Source: Amphiscolops sp. MND2022
Lineage: Eukaryota
NCBI GenBank assembly: GCA_964187785.1
Contig: OZ076409.1
Location: 38,566,001-38,630,000 of the forward strand
Length of the DNA: 64,000 bases
Reading direction: 5' to 3'
In this document: positions 62,306 through 64,000 of the stretch, in pieces
Layout: the number at the start of each line of letters is the position of its first letter
Numbering within the stretch: the stretch's first letter is position 1
Made by a program: the position numbers and the translations under genes
The notes under the pieces: generated by a model
What the model saw: the letters and a program-made list of their open reading frames with translations, nothing else
Database searches by the model: none
Told to the model about the DNA's origin: nothing

Positions 62306-64000
62306 CCGACTACGATCGCTTCGCGATCTCCGTTCCCCCTAGGTCTTTGCTCCTGTTCGACCTCGCTTAGCAAGATGGGAATATAAGGGGCCGCGGGGCA
62401 CTAGAGGAAATGGGAACATATATGAGGCACGTTTTATACTTTATATCACTTTTTAGTTTTAGATCCTAATTGACTTTTTTTTCTCAAATTAGATCAAATT
62501 AGAAGAGATTTTTAGACCTGATTATTTAGATCAATTTATTTAGATCTCAGTTTTGCCCCCTCTCTTAGATCTATTTCATTAGACCTGATTCCACGTAGCA
62601 GCGTAGTCACCCTATCGAAGAATCATCAATAGGCGCAATCGTGCAAGCGGGTAGGCTGTCCTAGATACATGACAATCCATTTTTGGTGCTTCATTTGAGA
62701 GCTCTTCGGTGCTTCATCTGACAATCCTTTTTTGGTGCTTCATTTTCTTATACCCCCGTGATCATCCAATAAGCATGCGTTTAGTTTTTTTTTATTCAAT
62801 AGTTTATTTTTTATTATCATCAATAATTGATAGCGTACTTTTAATAATTGTAATTGTTTTTTTTATAATGTGACGTCGTATGTGTATGTATTATCATACT
62901 GATTCTTAATGTACTTGTATTTCGTTTTTGGGATTGTTAATGTCTCTCAATCTAAGAACTCTTCAATTGACACTCGAATTATTGGCTCAAACATGTTTAA
63001 TGTACCTCGCCTCTTAAAAGTTATTAATGCGTCTTTTTGTGCAATGTCGGATACGTCTGCTCAACCTTTTGGAAACGAGATTTCACCCTCAACAACTTAC
63101 TGCTGAATGACTATGAGAACCCCCAAGTTTGGGCCGCCAACATGGCACCAGATCAATGACAACCGTTCGGGGAGAAGTCTCTTCAGCCTAGCTGTAAAGT
63201 CACTACAACAACAATCTATGTCATCTCTATGTGCCTAGTTTTATAGTTGATTTATATTTTCAGATTGATTTTGACAGTAGACGTCGACAATTTCATTTGA
63301 TTGTTAATTTCGATTTTGGGTTTTTCGGGTTTCACTCGAGGCTCCTCTCAACTACGAAACTGGAAAATCTCTTCGTTTAAATTTTTTTCGGTAGGTCTCA
63401 GATAACTATCTGATAATTTAATCTCTCATAAAGGTGATTCTGTATTCCGGGTGACTATTACCAGTGTGGTTCCTATTTTCCTCAGAAACTGATGTTTGCT
63501 GGGCCACACTACTTGTTTCACCTCTTCTAGCACTGAAAAGTTTTTCCGTTTTCTTGAGTTTTCCCCTCTAGAAAAATTACAATCAGTTAAACTATTTTCG
63601 GGCGAATTTTTTAATGACAATTGTCTGGAAAAACTACTTGACGTTGTAACTTCCGTGAGATGTGCCCCAGAAAGCTACTTCGCAATGCAATCAATTTACT
63701 GTGATGATCAGTCTATTTTTTATACCATTTTACGTTCACTGTCAGTTCAATTTTCTCATACGAGGTCTTCTCCCAGTAACAATCACAAAGCCTCAATAGT
63801 ATTGATAATATCTTACCTTTCAAATTTTTGGAAGACGAAGTTTTCGTTTTTATATAATGCAAAACACCGTTTTTGACGCTGCGATTATTTTGACCTCTTG
63901 AATGAACTTCCCTCGTCCGCATCCACCAGAACTCATAGTGGAAATAACTGCTCACCTTTCAGTTGGATTTTTAATCGAAACTTATCTTGATTGTCAATGG

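Noticed and set aside
62600..64000. Short ORFs or possible exons at the window end
   Set aside because: No recognisable protein motif or consistent splice chain.

Overview
Transposon-dense window from a eukaryotic (animal-like, spliceosomal-intron) genome. The only host gene recognised is the 3' part (three exons) of an NmrA-like/NMRAL1 gene at 217-4901. The centrepiece is a complete 15.1-kb Polinton/Maverick (adintovirus-like endogenous virus, 8799-23947). It has 599-bp TIRs, a 6-bp TSD, protease, penton, major capsid protein, integrase, pPolB and two A32/FtsK-like ATPases, and it is inserted in the integrase of a BEL/Pao LTR retrotransposon (7444-31013). The Polinton carries several signals I cannot explain from standard annotation: a dispersed GCG-N2-AGCT-N2-CGC palindrome (at least 17 exact copies, many inside ORFs), an ATAAATG start context at 10 genes, a structured Pol III-like RNA candidate inside each TIR, and an internal TCACTAA repeat/hairpin array. 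The rest of the window holds nested elements: a 5'-inverted L1/Tx1-type LINE, Helentron-like repeats, a Gypsy remnant, an I/Jockey-type LINE, two Copia elements, a CRE-like LINE, MULE-like MITEs and a second BEL/Pao. An SGNH-like ORF family is shared by that BEL/Pao and the I/Jockey-type LINE. All calls are from reading the sequence by eye, with no database searches.
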